Positions 37,684 to 47,889 are shown, counted from the first letter of the stretch. The stretch is 64,000 nucleotides of DNA from an uncultured Actinomycetota bacterium (GCA_963732355.1 CAVSZD010000010.1:50505-114504), one strand, 5' to 3'. Notes: generated by a model from the letters alone, not told the origin. Numbers and translations: made by a program.

Positions 37684-37892
37684 CGGCAGTTGTCGCAGGT
37701 CTGTGGTTCGGTATCAACCTTGGGGACGCGGGCTTCGGCTGGTGGCTCCTTGGGGCTGCAGCCGCAGCGGCGATCGTCCGCCGCTGGTGGGTTGTGGCCG
37801 CAGTTGCCGCAGCAGTAACCGGGGCAGTCCTCGCGGGGATCCACAGCCGCGCAGAGGCCGAATCGAGACTCGAACAGGGGGCCATCTTATGA
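37683..37892 (+). other. comEC: comEC 5' transmembrane segment in a different frame from the main ORF, with no canonical start
   Basis: My own translation is TAVVAGLWFGINLGDAGFGWWLLGAAAAAAIVRRWWVVAAVAAAVTGAVLAGIHSRAEAESRLEQGAIL*. That gives two TM helices, as expected at a ComEC N-terminus. It ends at TGA 37890-37892, 2 nt before the main ORF. Confidence 0.5.
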
Positions 37893-37893
37893 C

Positions 37894-39783
37894 TTGACGG
37901 TGGAGGTGACGCAGCCCTCACGGGTGAGGGAGGGTGTTAGGGGGCCGTGGTGGTCGGCCGATGGCCGGATCGTTGCGGGTGGGCCGCGCGGGCGGGTGAG
38001 CCTGTCGGGCAATGGGGACGTGCAGTGGGCGACAGGGACGAGGGTCACCGGCTCGATGCTGGCCACTGGACCTCCCGAACGCGGAATGGTCGCGGCGCTG
38101 CGGATTCGCGGCGAGCCGCTGGTGGAACTCCCCGTGGGCCACGCGGCGCAGATCCGCACGGCGATGAGGACCATCTCCGGCGATTCCGACGAGGGTTGGC
38201 TGTTCTCGGGGATGACCCTCGGCTTGGACCAAGGGCTCAGCGAGGAAGCGCAGGCGTCGATGCGCGCATCTGGACTGAGCCACCTCACGGCGGTGTCTGG
38301 GGCCAACTGCGCGGTGCTGCTGCTGGTCGTGAACTGGCTCCTCGGATGGATGAGGCTCCCGCCGATGGTGCGGGTGCCGGTCCTGCTGGGCGTACTCATC
38401 GGCTTCGTCGTCGTGGTCGGCAACCAGCCCAGCGTGCTGCGCGCGGCGTTCATGGCGGGTCTGGCGTTGATAGCGGGACTTGTGGGTGGGCGCAGGGCGG
38501 CCGCCCATGTGTTGCAGATCAGTGTCGTCCTGCTGCTGCTCATCGACCCGTGGCTCGCGTTCTCGCTCGGGTTCGTTCTGTCCATCGCAGCGACCGCGGG
38601 TTTGATCGTGCTGATGGACCGTGGAGTGCTCGCTGCCACCCTGGCTGCGCAGGTAGCCACGTTCCCGATCCTTATCGCAATCGGCTCGTCCGTGGGGCTG
38701 CGAACGGTGGCCGCCAATGTGCTGGTGGCGCCTGCCGCGATGGTGGCACCGATCCTCGGCCTCGCTGCGTTGTGCGCGGAATGGTTGTTCGGAGCAGGAG
38801 ATGTGGTGGCTGCAGCTGGTCGACGGCTCTGTGCGGCGATTCTGTGGGTGGCCCGGTGGGACGCACTTCCGAATCTCACGTGGATGCCTGGTTTCACCGG
38901 GGTCGTGCTTGCCGTGGCGATCACCATCGTCGTGCTTCGCTTCGGCCGCGGGAGGCTTGTGTTGTTCACGGCCGTCTTGATCGGCGGGACGTGGTTGGGC
39001 ATCCGGGTGACAGACCCCTGGCCCCCTCCGGATTGGTGGCTCGTGGCATGTGATGTCGGTCAGGGCGACGGCCTGGTCATCCGCTCGGGCGGGCGCATCG
39101 TGGTGGTGGACACCGGCCCCGACGAACAGGTCATGGATGGGTGTCTTGACCGGTTGGGGGTGCGTACCATCGACCTGCTCGTGCTGACCCACTTCCACGC
39201 GGACCATGTCGACGGTGTGCGCGGTGCCGTCGAGGGACGTCGCGTCGGGCAGGTGTGGACGAGCCCCTGCGAGGAACCTCCCGAGCAGTTCGAGGCTGCG
39301 ATGCGAGCGGTGGCCGGTTTGCCCGTCAGCTCACCGGTGCCGGGCCAGACCTACCTGATCGGGGACAGCCGCCTGGAGGTCGTGTGGCCACGGCGCATCA
39401 TCGACGCCGGCTCAGTGCCGAACAATGCGTCGGTGAGCTTCGTGCTCACCTCCCCGGCCGGACGTGTTGCGATGCTGGCGGATATCGAGCCCGAGGCCCA
39501 GACCGAAATCATGGCGTCGGCGGACCTGCGCGCCGATGTCGTCAAAGTGCCACACCATGGCTCTGCACAGTTCGTCGCAGGTCTTCCGGCGGCTGTCGGC
39601 GCGGACATCGCATTGATCTCGGTGGGTGCGGGCAACACCTTCGGCCACCCCTCAGATGAGGCAGTGGCAGCCTGGCAGCTGGCCGGGGCGCAGGTGTTCA
39701 CGACCGAGGAGAACGGGGACATCGCGGTGACCGGGGATCGGACTGTGATCGTGCGAGGTGTCAGTCGACCGCTAGTTCGATGA
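37894..39783 (+). CDS. comEC: ComEC/Rec2 DNA internalisation channel (main body, with metallo-beta-lactamase domain)
   Basis: Competence domain ..ASGLSHLTAVSGANCAVLL.., polytopic TM region, and C-terminal MBL motif LVLTHFHADHVDG ..KVPHHGS. The 5' end is anomalous (see the 37683-37892 feature). Confidence 0.8.
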   Translation: MTVEVTQPSRVREGVRGPWWSADGRIVAGGPRGRVSLSGNGDVQWATGTRVTGSMLATGPPERGMVAALRIRGEPLVELPVGHAAQIRTAMRTISGDSDEGWLFSGMTLGLDQGLSEEAQASMRASGLSHLTAVSGANCAVLLLVVNWLLGWMRLPPMVRVPVLLGVLIGFVVVVGNQPSVLRAAFMAGLALIAGLVGGRRAAAHVLQISVVLLLLIDPWLAFSLGFVLSIAATAGLIVLMDRGVLAATLAAQVATFPILIAIGSSVGLRTVAANVLVAPAAMVAPILGLAALCAEWLFGAGDVVAAAGRRLCAAILWVARWDALPNLTWMPGFTGVVLAVAITIVVLRFGRGRLVLFTAVLIGGTWLGIRVTDPWPPPDWWLVACDVGQGDGLVIRSGGRIVVVDTGPDEQVMDGCLDRLGVRTIDLLVLTHFHADHVDGVRGAVEGRRVGQVWTSPCEEPPEQFEAAMRAVAGLPVSSPVPGQTYLIGDSRLEVVWPRRIIDAGSVPNNASVSFVLTSPAGRVAMLADIEPEAQTEIMASADLRADVVKVPHHGSAQFVAGLPAAVGADIALISVGAGNTFGHPSDEAVAAWQLAGAQVFTTEENGDIAVTGDRTVIVRGVSRPLVR

Positions 39784-40723
39784 GGTCGCGCTCCAGGGCA
39801 TGCAGCTTCTGGGCCGCGTCCAACTGCTCGCCATCGCGCAGCCCCCCCTTGACACGGGCGTCGAGGTCCGCCAGCAGGGTAACCGCGGATGCCAGTTGCG
39901 CGGGCTTCCATCGGCGCATCTGGGAGCGCAGCGTGCGAACCTTCCACGGCGGGACACTGATCTCGCGGGCGATCTCGGCCTCCGACATGCCGGGAGGGCA
40001 CGCCGATAGTGCGATCAACTGCCGAACTGAACCGGCCACAGCCGCGACGATGGCCGGCCCTGTCCTGGCCCCATCAGCAGCGATCTGGGCCTGGCGCAGC
40101 CTGTGCAGAACGTCGGCGGGCCGTCCCAGCATCACAGCGTCAGCGACCTGGTACCCCGACAACTCGGCCACTCCACGGAAGTACTGTCCGACCACCTCGG
40201 CGTCGATGGGGTCGGTCTGGGCATCCGAGGTCAACTGGTGGGCCGCCGAACTGAGGTCCGCGAGGTCGGTGCCCACCGCTTCGATCAGCAGCGCCAACGC
40301 GTCAGAGGTGATACGTCGCTTGTGGCGCCGGAATTCGTTGTTCACGAATTCGGACAGCGCTCGGCCCTTCTTCAGCGGTGCACATTCGATTGTGTCGTCG
40401 GCCCGCTTCTTGAGCTCTTTGAGAGCCGCCTGCCCGCTTCGGCCGCCACGGTGATGGGCGATCACGGGGCTGGTCTTGGCCGAATCGAGCAGGGCGTCGA
40501 GGGCATCGCCGATGACATCGACATCGGTGATCACAAGTATGCTGCGCGTGCCGAACAGATCCTCCCCGCCGGCCTCGGCCAGTCGCAGTCGGATGTTGGA
40601 AACCGTGGCGCTGATCTGCTCGACACCGAGATCTGGCTCGCTCTTCTGCCAGGACCGGACTGTGTCGTCAATGGCGCGGGCAGACAGGAACGGGTCGCTT
40701 CCGGTCAGCAGAACCAGCGTCAC
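39761..40723 (-). CDS. holA: DNA polymerase III subunit delta
   Basis: A 320-aa product follows GGAGGAACCACG-GTG (Shine-Dalgarno plus GTG 40723). The start overlaps the lepA stop (GTGA). The helical clamp-loader-like sequence and the conserved comEC/holA/lepA neighbourhood support the call. Confidence 0.7.
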   Translation of the reverse strand: MTLVLLTGSDPFLSARAIDDTVRSWQKSEPDLGVEQISATVSNIRLRLAEAGGEDLFGTRSILVITDVDVIGDALDALLDSAKTSPVIAHHRGGRSGQAALKELKKRADDTIECAPLKKGRALSEFVNNEFRRHKRRITSDALALLIEAVGTDLADLSSAAHQLTSDAQTDPIDAEVVGQYFRGVAELSGYQVADAVMLGRPADVLHRLRQAQIAADGARTGPAIVAAVAGSVRQLIALSACPPGMSEAEIAREISVPPWKVRTLRSQMRRWKPAQLASAVTLLADLDARVKGGLRDGEQLDAAQKLHALERDLIELAVD

Positions 40724-42564
40724 CGTGGTTCCTCCGAGGTCGACAGCGCCGCGATGAAGGCCTCTTGCGGCACCTCGACGCGTCCGACCATCTTCATGCG
40801 TTTCTTGCCCTCCTTCTGCTTCTCCAGCAGTTTGCGCTTGCGGCTGATGTCGCCGCCGTAGCACTTGGCAAGGACATCCTTGCGGATCGCACGAATCGTC
40901 TCCCGGGCGATGACCCGCGAGCCGATCGCCGCCTGGATCGGGACCTCGAACTGCTGCCGGGGGATCAATGCCCGCAACTTGCCCGTCATGAGGACCCCGT
41001 AGGCGTAGGCCTTGTCCTTGTGCACGATCGCGCTGAACGCATCGACCGTCTCGCCCTGCAGCAGGATGTCGACCTTGACCAGATCGGCGGACTGCTCTGC
41101 GTCGGGCTCGTAATCCAGCGAGGCGTAACCGCGGGTTCGCGACTTGAGCTGGTCGAAGAAGTCGTAAACGATCTCGGCCAGCGGCAGTGTGTAGCGCATC
41201 TCCACGCGGTCCTCGGACAGGTAGTCCATGCCCAGCAGCGTCCCGCGCCTGCTCTGGCACAACTCCATGACCGTCCCGACGAACTCGCTGGGGGTCAAGA
41301 TCGTCGATCGGACGACGGGTTCGTAGACCTCCGCGATCTTCCCGCCAGGGAACTCACTCGGGTTGGTCACGGTGTGCTCGGTCTGGTCCTCCATCACCAC
41401 CCGGTACACCACGTTCGGCGCGGTCGAGATGAGATCCAGATCAAACTCGCGCTCGAGGCGCTCGCGCACGATCTCCAGGTGCAGCAGTCCGAGGAACCCG
41501 CACCGGAAACCGAATCCAAGTGCCGCTGAGGTCTCGGGTTCGTACACCAGTGCCGCGTCGTTGAGTTTCAGTTTGTCCAGGGCATCGCGCAGGACCGGAT
41601 AGTCCGACCCGTCGATCGGATACAGCCCGGAGAAGACCATGGGCTTGGGGTCCTGGTAGCCGTGCAGTGCTTCAGTGGCCGGCCGGGTCGAGCTGGTGAC
41701 CGTGTCACCGACCCGCGATTGACGAACGTCCTTGACCCCCGTGATCAAGTACCCCACCTCGCCCGCCGCGATGGAATCCGTCGGGATCGGGTCGGGGGAG
41801 ATGACTCCCACTTCCAGGGTCTCGTGGGTGGCGGCCGTGGACATCATGCGGATGCGCTCGCGGGAGTGCAGCGCCCCGTCGATGACCCGCACGTAGGTAA
41901 CCACCCCGCGGTAGGTGTCGTAGACCGAGTCGAAGATCATCGCCCGTGCTGGTGCTTCAGGATCACCGGTTGGAGCTGGCACGTGCTTGACGACCTCCTC
42001 AAGCAACTCCTCGACTCCCGCTCCGGTTTTCGCGCTGACCTGCAGGACGTCGTCGGGGGAGCACCCGATGATGTGGGCCAACTCCGCGGCGTACTTCTCC
42101 GGCTGGGCGGCCGGCAGGTCGATCTTGTTGAGCACCGGGATGACTGTCAGATCGTTCTCCAGCGCGAGCCAGAGGTTGGCCAGTGTCTGGGCCTCAATGC
42201 CCTGCGCGGCGTCCACAAGTAGAACCGCACCCTCGCATGCGGCGAGACTGCGGGACACCTCATAGGTGAAGTCCACGTGGCCCGGGGTGTCGATCAGGTT
42301 GAGGATGTAGGTCGTGCCGTTGGCGGCCGTATAGGGCAGGCGCACGGCCTGCGACTTGATCGTGATCCCGCGTTCGCGCTCGATGTCCATGCGGTCCAGG
42401 TACTGAGCGCGCATGTCACGGCCGTCGACCACCCCGGTCATCTGCAGCATGCGGTCGGCCAGGGTGGACTTCCCATGGTCGATGTGCGCGATGATGCTGA
42501 AGTTCCGGAGGAGGTCGGCCGGGGTATGTCCAGGCGCAGGAGCATCGCCGCGGGAGACTGTCAC
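40720..42564 (-). CDS. lepA: translation elongation factor 4 (LepA)
   Basis: G1 [28 protein letters not shown], and the LepA C-terminal domain. 614 aa. Confidence 0.95.
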   Translation of the reverse strand: MTVSRGDAPAPGHTPADLLRNFSIIAHIDHGKSTLADRMLQMTGVVDGRDMRAQYLDRMDIERERGITIKSQAVRLPYTAANGTTYILNLIDTPGHVDFTYEVSRSLAACEGAVLLVDAAQGIEAQTLANLWLALENDLTVIPVLNKIDLPAAQPEKYAAELAHIIGCSPDDVLQVSAKTGAGVEELLEEVVKHVPAPTGDPEAPARAMIFDSVYDTYRGVVTYVRVIDGALHSRERIRMMSTAATHETLEVGVISPDPIPTDSIAAGEVGYLITGVKDVRQSRVGDTVTSSTRPATEALHGYQDPKPMVFSGLYPIDGSDYPVLRDALDKLKLNDAALVYEPETSAALGFGFRCGFLGLLHLEIVRERLEREFDLDLISTAPNVVYRVVMEDQTEHTVTNPSEFPGGKIAEVYEPVVRSTILTPSEFVGTVMELCQSRRGTLLGMDYLSEDRVEMRYTLPLAEIVYDFFDQLKSRTRGYASLDYEPDAEQSADLVKVDILLQGETVDAFSAIVHKDKAYAYGVLMTGKLRALIPRQQFEVPIQAAIGSRVIARETIRAIRKDVLAKCYGGDISRKRKLLEKQKEGKKRMKMVGRVEVPQEAFIAALSTSEEPR

Positions 42565-42736
42565 CCCCCCATAGTTTCACGGGGGCAGGTGGGCCGAGTG
42601 CCAGGTGCACCGGGAGCGCAGGCTATGCTGATCAGGTAGCGGTTTCGCGCTGCCTTCTGAGTACCTTGCTCTGTAGATCGCCAGAAGCGCACGTGACGCA
42701 CCCAGCGGACGAGTAAATCGAAGGACAACAACCACC

Positions 42737-43006
42737 GTGGCGAACATCAAGTCCCAGATCAAGCGGATCAAGACCAACAACAAGGCGCACGAGCGCAACA
42801 AGGCGGTCAAGTCCTCACTGCGCACCGCCTCCCGGCGAGTCCGCGAGGCCCTGTCCGCCGGAGAAGTGGACCGCGCCGAGGAACTGGCCCGTTCGGCCAG
42901 TCGCAAACTCGACAAGGCAGTGAGCAAGGGCGTCATCCACAAGAACCAGGCAGCCAACAAGAAGAGCGCACTGAACAAGGCCGTGGCAACCGCCAAATCC
43001 GCCTGA
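42737..43006 (+). CDS. rpsT: 30S ribosomal protein S20
   Basis: [30 protein letters not shown].., 89 aa. Confidence 0.95.
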   Translation: MANIKSQIKRIKTNNKAHERNKAVKSSLRTASRRVREALSAGEVDRAEELARSASRKLDKAVSKGVIHKNQAANKKSALNKAVATAKSA

Positions 43007-43128
43007 TTCACTGGTCTTTCCGGGTCGCTGCCATCCCGGTGGCGCAATTCCCGGATGCTCTTCCAAGGGCTCATCGCTAGTACTAAAGTTGCGGCTATCC
43101 GTTCACCTAGCGCTGTAGCGAAGGGTAT

Positions 43129-44964
43129 TTGACTGTGGCCAACACAACGACGGGGCGCGAGACGCTTGGGGAAACCGCCGAGTCCCTCGCCCACATGATC
43201 CTCGACAGGGTCAGTGCAACACCGAATGCTGAAGCCTTCCGGGCCCCGACTGCCGACGACACCAGTTGGTCGTCCATGACCTGGAAGCAGACTTACGACG
43301 ATGTGGAGAAGCTGGCAGCCGGTCTTCTCTCCCTCGGCCTTGAACCCGAGCAGCGGGTTTCCATCGCGTCCAACACTCGTCTGGACTGGATCCTCGCCGA
43401 CTACTCCATCGCCCTGGCCGGAGGCGCGACGACCACCGTGTACCCGAGCACCGGCGACCACGATGTCGCCTACATCCTCGGGGACTCCAACACTCGGTTC
43501 GTCTATGCCGAAGACCAGAGCCAGGTCGAGAAGATCGTGGCCCACAAGGACGAACTGAACATCGAGAAGATCGTCCTCTTCGATGGCGAGGGCGATGGCG
43601 ACTCGGTCATCACGATGGACGACCTGCGTGCCCTCGGCGAGGCCCACCTGAAGGCCGACCCGGATTCGGTCAAGGAGCGCGCCCGCTCGGTCGAGAAGAA
43701 CCAGCTGGCGACGCTGATCTACACCTCCGGCACGACCGGCAAGCCCAAGGGCGTCGAGTTGACCCACGGCAACTGGACCTACGAAGGTGCTTTCGTCGAG
43801 AGTTTGCACATCATCGACATCGATGACGTGCACTTCCTCTGGTTGCCGCTGGCGCACTCCTTCGGCAAGGTCCTGCTGGCATTGCAGCTGCAGGTCGGTT
43901 TCGTAACGGCCGTCGACGGCCGAGTGCCCAACATCGTGGACAACCTGGCCATTGTGCAGCCGACCTTCATGGCCGCAGTTCCCCGCATCTACGAGAAGGT
44001 CTACGCGCGGGTGGCGCAAACCGCCATGTCGGAGGGTGGTGCCAAGGCCAAGATCTTCAACTGGGCGTTCACCATGGGCAACGAATTGTCCGAGCGGGAA
44101 CTGGCCGGCGAGAAGATCGGCGGCATGAACGCGATGAAGCGCAACCTCGCAGACAAGTTGGTCTACTCCAAGATCCGTGCCCGCCTCGGCGGCCGGATGC
44201 GCTACATGATCTCCGGATCGGCCGCCCTGAGCAAGGACATCGCCACGTGGTTCTACACCGCGGGCCTGCCCATCCTCGAGGGATACGGACTGACCGAGAC
44301 CAGCGCAGCCACCTGCGTCATGCGTCCCGACCGGATCAAGTTCGGCACGGTGGGGGAGCCGGCTGCAGGCACCGAGATCAAGATCGCCGGCGACGGTGAG
44401 ATCCTGATCCGCGGCCCCGGGGTCATGCGCGGGTACCGCAACCTGCCGGAGGCAAACGCCGAGGTCTTCCCCGGTGACGGCTGGTTTGCTACCGGCGACA
44501 TCGGCGAGATCGACGACATGGGTCGGGTCAAGATCACCGACCGCAAGAAGGATCTGGTCAAGACCTCTGGCGGCAAGTACATCGCGCCGTCGGCGATCGA
44601 GAGCCAGTTCAAGGCGATCAGCGGCCTGGTGGGCAACATGGTCGTCCACGCCAACGACCGCAACTTCGCCAGCGCGCTGATCACTCTTGACCCAGACGCC
44701 GCGGCCGCCTGGGCCGCTGACCACGGCAAGGCGGGCGCTTCCTTGGCCGACATAGCCAAGGATCCCGAGTTGCTGGCCGAGATGCAGGGATCGGTCGACG
44801 AACTCAACGCCCGTCTCAACAAGTGGGAGACGATCAAGAAGTTCGAGATCTTGGACCGTGACTTCACAGTCGAGGAGGGCGAACTGACCCCGAGCCTCAA
44901 GGTGAAGCGCAAGGCGGTCGAGGAGAAGTACCGCGACATCCTGGACGCGATGTACACGTCCTGA
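43129..44964 (+). CDS. long-chain fatty acid--CoA ligase (AMP-dependent synthetase)
   Basis: AMP-binding motif I is LIYTSGTTGKPKGVELTHGN. Also present are GYGLTETS, TGDIGEIDDMG.VKITDRKKD and C-terminal FTVEEGELTPSLKVKR. The start is TTG 43129 or GTG 43135. Confidence 0.85.
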   Translation: MTVANTTTGRETLGETAESLAHMILDRVSATPNAEAFRAPTADDTSWSSMTWKQTYDDVEKLAAGLLSLGLEPEQRVSIASNTRLDWILADYSIALAGGATTTVYPSTGDHDVAYILGDSNTRFVYAEDQSQVEKIVAHKDELNIEKIVLFDGEGDGDSVITMDDLRALGEAHLKADPDSVKERARSVEKNQLATLIYTSGTTGKPKGVELTHGNWTYEGAFVESLHIIDIDDVHFLWLPLAHSFGKVLLALQLQVGFVTAVDGRVPNIVDNLAIVQPTFMAAVPRIYEKVYARVAQTAMSEGGAKAKIFNWAFTMGNELSERELAGEKIGGMNAMKRNLADKLVYSKIRARLGGRMRYMISGSAALSKDIATWFYTAGLPILEGYGLTETSAATCVMRPDRIKFGTVGEPAAGTEIKIAGDGEILIRGPGVMRGYRNLPEANAEVFPGDGWFATGDIGEIDDMGRVKITDRKKDLVKTSGGKYIAPSAIESQFKAISGLVGNMVVHANDRNFASALITLDPDAAAAWAADHGKAGASLADIAKDPELLAEMQGSVDELNARLNKWETIKKFEILDRDFTVEEGELTPSLKVKRKAVEEKYRDILDAMYTS

Positions 44965-44973
44965 TCCACACCT

Positions 44974-45007
44974 CGAGGGGGCGGCGCCGTTGGGTGCCGC
45001 CCCCTCG
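44974..45007 (+). terminator. GC-rich stem-loop 10 nt after the acyl-CoA ligase stop
   Basis: CGAGGGGGCGGC (44974-44985) and GCCGCCCCCTCG (44996-45007) form a 12-bp perfect stem with a 10-nt loop. No U-tract, which is common in GC-rich actinobacteria. Confidence 0.55.
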
Positions 45008-45032
45008 TCGTGCCGGGGGTTGGCCGCGCGCC

Positions 45033-45112
45033 GGGATGCGTTGGTTCCGGCCCCCCGTTCCCCGCGGGATGCGTTGGTTCCGGCCCCCCGTTCCCCGCGG
45101 GATGCGTTGGTT
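45033..45112. repeat. 33-bp tandem repeat, 2.4 copies
   Basis: The unit GGGATGCGTTGGTTCCGGCCCCCCGTTCCCCGC occurs at 45033-45065 and 45066-45098 (identical). A partial third copy GGGATGCGTTGGTT at 45099-45112 runs into the palindromic element. Confidence 0.9.
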
Positions 45113-45177
45113 AGAGGTTGTGCTGTTGGTTAGCGAATCCACGCGTTGTTTCTCTAACCAACAGCACAACCTCTAAC
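45110..45177. repeat. palindromic intergenic element, copy 2 (inverted relative to copy 1)
   Basis: Arms are TTAGAGGTTGTGCTGTTGGTTAG (45111-45133) and CTAACCAACAGCACAACCTCTAA (45154-45176), 23/23 complementary. The core CGAATCCACGCGTTGTTTCT is the reverse complement of the copy-1 core apart from one mismatch at its 3' end. Confidence 0.85.
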
Positions 45178-45211
45178 GCGGGCATATACCCAGCCCTGCG
45201 ACACTGGGCCC

Positions 45212-46399
45212 ATGCCCGCACTGCCCGACGGTGAACCTGCGCCTGCCGACGGGCGACTGCCCGAGCCCCTTGACTGGTCGCGGCCGCTGCGGGCTTACGT
45301 GCACGTCCCGTTTTGCAGCGCCCGTTGCGGTTACTGCGACTTCAACACCTACACGACCGGCGAACTTGGCGGTTTCGCCATGAGTGACTACGTCGAGGCC
45401 CTGCTCCGGGAGATCGAGCTGGCCGCCGGTGTGGTGGCGACGAAGCCACTGTCATCGGTGTTCCTCGGTGGCGGGACGCCGTCCCTTCTGCCCGCTGCCA
45501 GCCTCAACACCGTTCTCGAAGCCTTGCGCGGGCAGTTCGGGCTGGAGCCCGGGGCCGAGATCACCTTGGAGGCCAACCCCGAGAACGTCAACGCCCAGAC
45601 GCTCGACGCGTGGCTGGAGGCCGGCGTTACCAGGATCAGCATCGGGATGCAGAGCGCCGACCCGGGAACGCTGGCGGTCCTGGAACGCGTCCACACCCCG
45701 GGGGCGGCAGTGGCAGCGGCAAACCTGGCCCGCCGTCGCGGCTTCGAGCACACCTCACTCGACCTCATCTACGGTGTTCCCGGGCAGTCAAAGGCATCGT
45801 GGGAGTCGACCGTGGGGGCGGCGTTGGATGCGAACCCCGACCACATCAGCGCTTACGCACTTGGAGTCGAGCCAGGGACGGCCCTACACCGTCGGGTCCG
45901 CCAGGGTGAGGTCGCCGCTCCGGACCCGGACGCGGCGGCCGCCCAGTACGAGTTGGCCGACTCCCTGCTGAGTCAGCGGGGGCTTAATTGGTACGAGATC
46001 TCCAACTGGGCCAGGCCTGGTGGAGCCTGTGATCACAACCTCGGGTACTGGCGAGGGGACAACTGGTGGGGGTTCGGCCCTGGCGCGCATTCCCACGTCG
46101 ACGGCGTGCGCTGGTGGAACGTCAAGCGCCCGGCCACGTATCGTTCGATGCTCGTCGCTGAGCGCAGCCCGGCAGCCGGGCGTGAACTCCTCGACGATGA
46201 GCAGCGTCGGGTGGAAGAGGTCATGCTCGCGACGAGGTTGGCCAGTGGTATCGATCCGGGTGACTTCGACGCCGCAGCGATCCAGCGACTACTGGACGAC
46301 GCCTTGCTGGAACGCACGAACGGCGCCCGCCTTCACCTGACCCTTCGGGGCCGGATGCTGGCGGACGCCGTCGTGCGCGTCCTTCTCGGGTGGGACTAG
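45212..46399 (+). CDS. hemW: radical SAM heme chaperone HemW (HemN-like, oxygen-independent coproporphyrinogen oxidase family)
   Basis: YVHVPFCSARCGYCDFN (CxxxCxxC) and GGGTPS, followed by a HemN_C-like C-terminus. 395 aa. Confidence 0.85.
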   Translation: MPALPDGEPAPADGRLPEPLDWSRPLRAYVHVPFCSARCGYCDFNTYTTGELGGFAMSDYVEALLREIELAAGVVATKPLSSVFLGGGTPSLLPAASLNTVLEALRGQFGLEPGAEITLEANPENVNAQTLDAWLEAGVTRISIGMQSADPGTLAVLERVHTPGAAVAAANLARRRGFEHTSLDLIYGVPGQSKASWESTVGAALDANPDHISAYALGVEPGTALHRRVRQGEVAAPDPDAAAAQYELADSLLSQRGLNWYEISNWARPGGACDHNLGYWRGDNWWGFGPGAHSHVDGVRWWNVKRPATYRSMLVAERSPAAGRELLDDEQRRVEEVMLATRLASGIDPGDFDAAAIQRLLDDALLERTNGARLHLTLRGRMLADAVVRVLLGWD

Positions 46400-47355
46400 G
46401 GAGCCACTGGCTGACCCCGCAGCACCTTGTACGCGTAAGCCTGCGCGATAACAGTGACCGGGATGGCCACGAACAGACCCAAACCGCACAAGAGCGCACC
46501 GACAAAGATGGCGATCATCGTCAGTAGGAGCAGCAGCAGCAGGTTGCCGAAGTTGTCCTTGACGAAGTTGAAGCTCGCCTTCAGTGCGTCGATCGCACCC
46601 AGGTTCTGATCCAGGATGAAGTACACGAAGAACGAGCCGAAGAACGCGACCAGCAGGCCAGGCAGGATGCACAGGAGCAATCCGATGAAGGTTGCGATAC
46701 CGAGCAGGATGCCGGCGCCGATGATGCGGCCGATCCGATCGAAGGTCAGCAGTTCGCCAAGTTCAATCTTGCGGCCCTCAGTGACGGCCAGACCGGCTCG
46801 GGCGTATGCCGCCTGCACGATGTAGCTCCAGATGAAGCCGACCAGTGAGAAGACCACCGACACCAGCAGTGCCAGGAAGCCACCGCCGGAATTGGTGACC
46901 ACGAAGCCGTTCTCGCCGGTGACCACGGTCGTCTCCGGTGTGGTGACGCTCTGAATCAGGATCTGCAGGCCGTAGATCACGCCGCCGATCAGGATGAAGA
47001 CCAGCATTGCGATCAGGATCGGCCCGACGTTCTCCGTGAACTTCTTCCAGCCATACCCGAAGGCATCACCGACCGAGAACGCACGTCCCCCCGCTGGTGG
47101 CATCCCACCGGGTGGGTAAGCGCCACCGGGAGGCATTCCGCCTGGCGGGTAGGCACCCCCACCGCCGGGAGGCATCCCCGGAGGCGGCGGAGGCGGAGGA
47201 CCACCAGCACCGGGAGGCATCCCCCCGGGAGGGCCAGGCGGAGGCGGGGGTGGGGGAGGAGGAGGACCACCGGCACCGGGAGGTGGCACTGACGTACCCC
47301 CGGGCGGTCGTGGCGGTTGCCCCTCAGGTGGGGGAGGGGGAGGGAATTGCGACAT
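46396..47355 (-). CDS. proline/glycine-rich N-terminus + polytopic membrane domain protein (family not recognised)
   Basis: The first roughly 95 aa are P/G repeats (PPPPPPPPPPGPPGGMPPGAGGPPPPPPPGMPPGG..). They are followed by FSVGDAFGYGWKKF and about 6 hydrophobic helices. An AGGAG sits 7 nt upstream of the ATG, formed with the stop codon of the RDD gene. Confidence 0.7.
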   Translation of the reverse strand: MSQFPPPPPPEGQPPRPPGGTSVPPPGAGGPPPPPPPPPPGPPGGMPPGAGGPPPPPPPGMPPGGGGAYPPGGMPPGGAYPPGGMPPAGGRAFSVGDAFGYGWKKFTENVGPILIAMLVFILIGGVIYGLQILIQSVTTPETTVVTGENGFVVTNSGGGFLALLVSVVFSLVGFIWSYIVQAAYARAGLAVTEGRKIELGELLTFDRIGRIIGAGILLGIATFIGLLLCILPGLLVAFFGSFFVYFILDQNLGAIDALKASFNFVKDNFGNLLLLLLLTMIAIFVGALLCGLGLFVAIPVTVIAQAYAYKVLRGQPVAP

Positions 47356-47364
47356 GCGTTGCTC

Positions 47365-47889
47365 CTAGTCCTTGTAGACGACGGCTTTGGTGATTTTGTC
47401 GGACAACAGGCATTGGCGGTCCTTGTCCCAGAGGGGCCATAGAACTCCGATGTAGCAGATGGCGAAGTCGACGTAGAGCAGGATCAGACGTCCGAAGGCT
47501 GTTCCGAAGCCGAGCGGCTGCCCGGTCAATTGACCGACCGTGTGCATGCCCAGAGCCTGCTTGCCGATGGACTGGGTGGTCGTCCCCTCGCGGTAGCCCT
47601 TGTTGTAGATCCAGTACGCGATGCCCAGGGCCCAGAACAGCCAGAAGATCGCGCCCAGGCCAGTGGTGGTGGTGATCGCAACCCCTGCCTCAGTGGTGAT
47701 GGTCTTCGTGCTCGGAGCGGCGAAGAGGTAACCGAGGCCGTTGAGGATCACCAAAGGAATCGCGTCGATGAGGTACGCCAGAACCCGCATGAACCAGTTG
47801 GCGTACTGGCCGGTTGCTCCCATGGGGGCGGCTCCGCTGGGCATGCCACCGGGAGGCGGCGGAGGAGGGGGAGGTGGGGGTTGTGACAT
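47365..47889 (-). CDS. RDD family membrane protein with poly-proline N-terminus
   Basis: MSQPPPPPPPPPPGGMPSG.. is followed by an RDD-type domain (..WFMRVLAYLIDAIP.. ...LLSDKITKAVV). Confidence 0.7.
   Translation of the reverse strand: MSQPPPPPPPPPPGGMPSGAAPMGATGQYANWFMRVLAYLIDAIPLVILNGLGYLFAAPSTKTITTEAGVAITTTTGLGAIFWLFWALGIAYWIYNKGYREGTTTQSIGKQALGMHTVGQLTGQPLGFGTAFGRLILLYVDFAICYIGVLWPLWDKDRQCLLSDKITKAVVYKD

Noticed and set aside
37887-39207. Two long minus-strand ORFs (371 and 429 aa) opposite comEC.
   Set aside because: Both are antisense to a ComEC ORF with clear competence and MBL motifs. Their translations are Arg/Pro/His-rich without TM segments or motifs.
42577-44724. A 715-aa ORF on the minus strand, the longest non-annotated ORF in the window.
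   Set aside because: It is antisense to rpsT and to the acyl-CoA ligase, both of which have unmistakable family motifs. Its own translation is low-complexity (V/G/A/D/R) with no recognisable domain.
47160-47350. G-runs on the + strand (for example GGTGGGGGAGGGGGAGGG), considered as G-quadruplex motifs.
   Set aside because: They are simply the complement of CCN proline codons in the Pro-rich genes. I could not find four properly spaced G3+ tracts by eye, so the coding explanation suffices.
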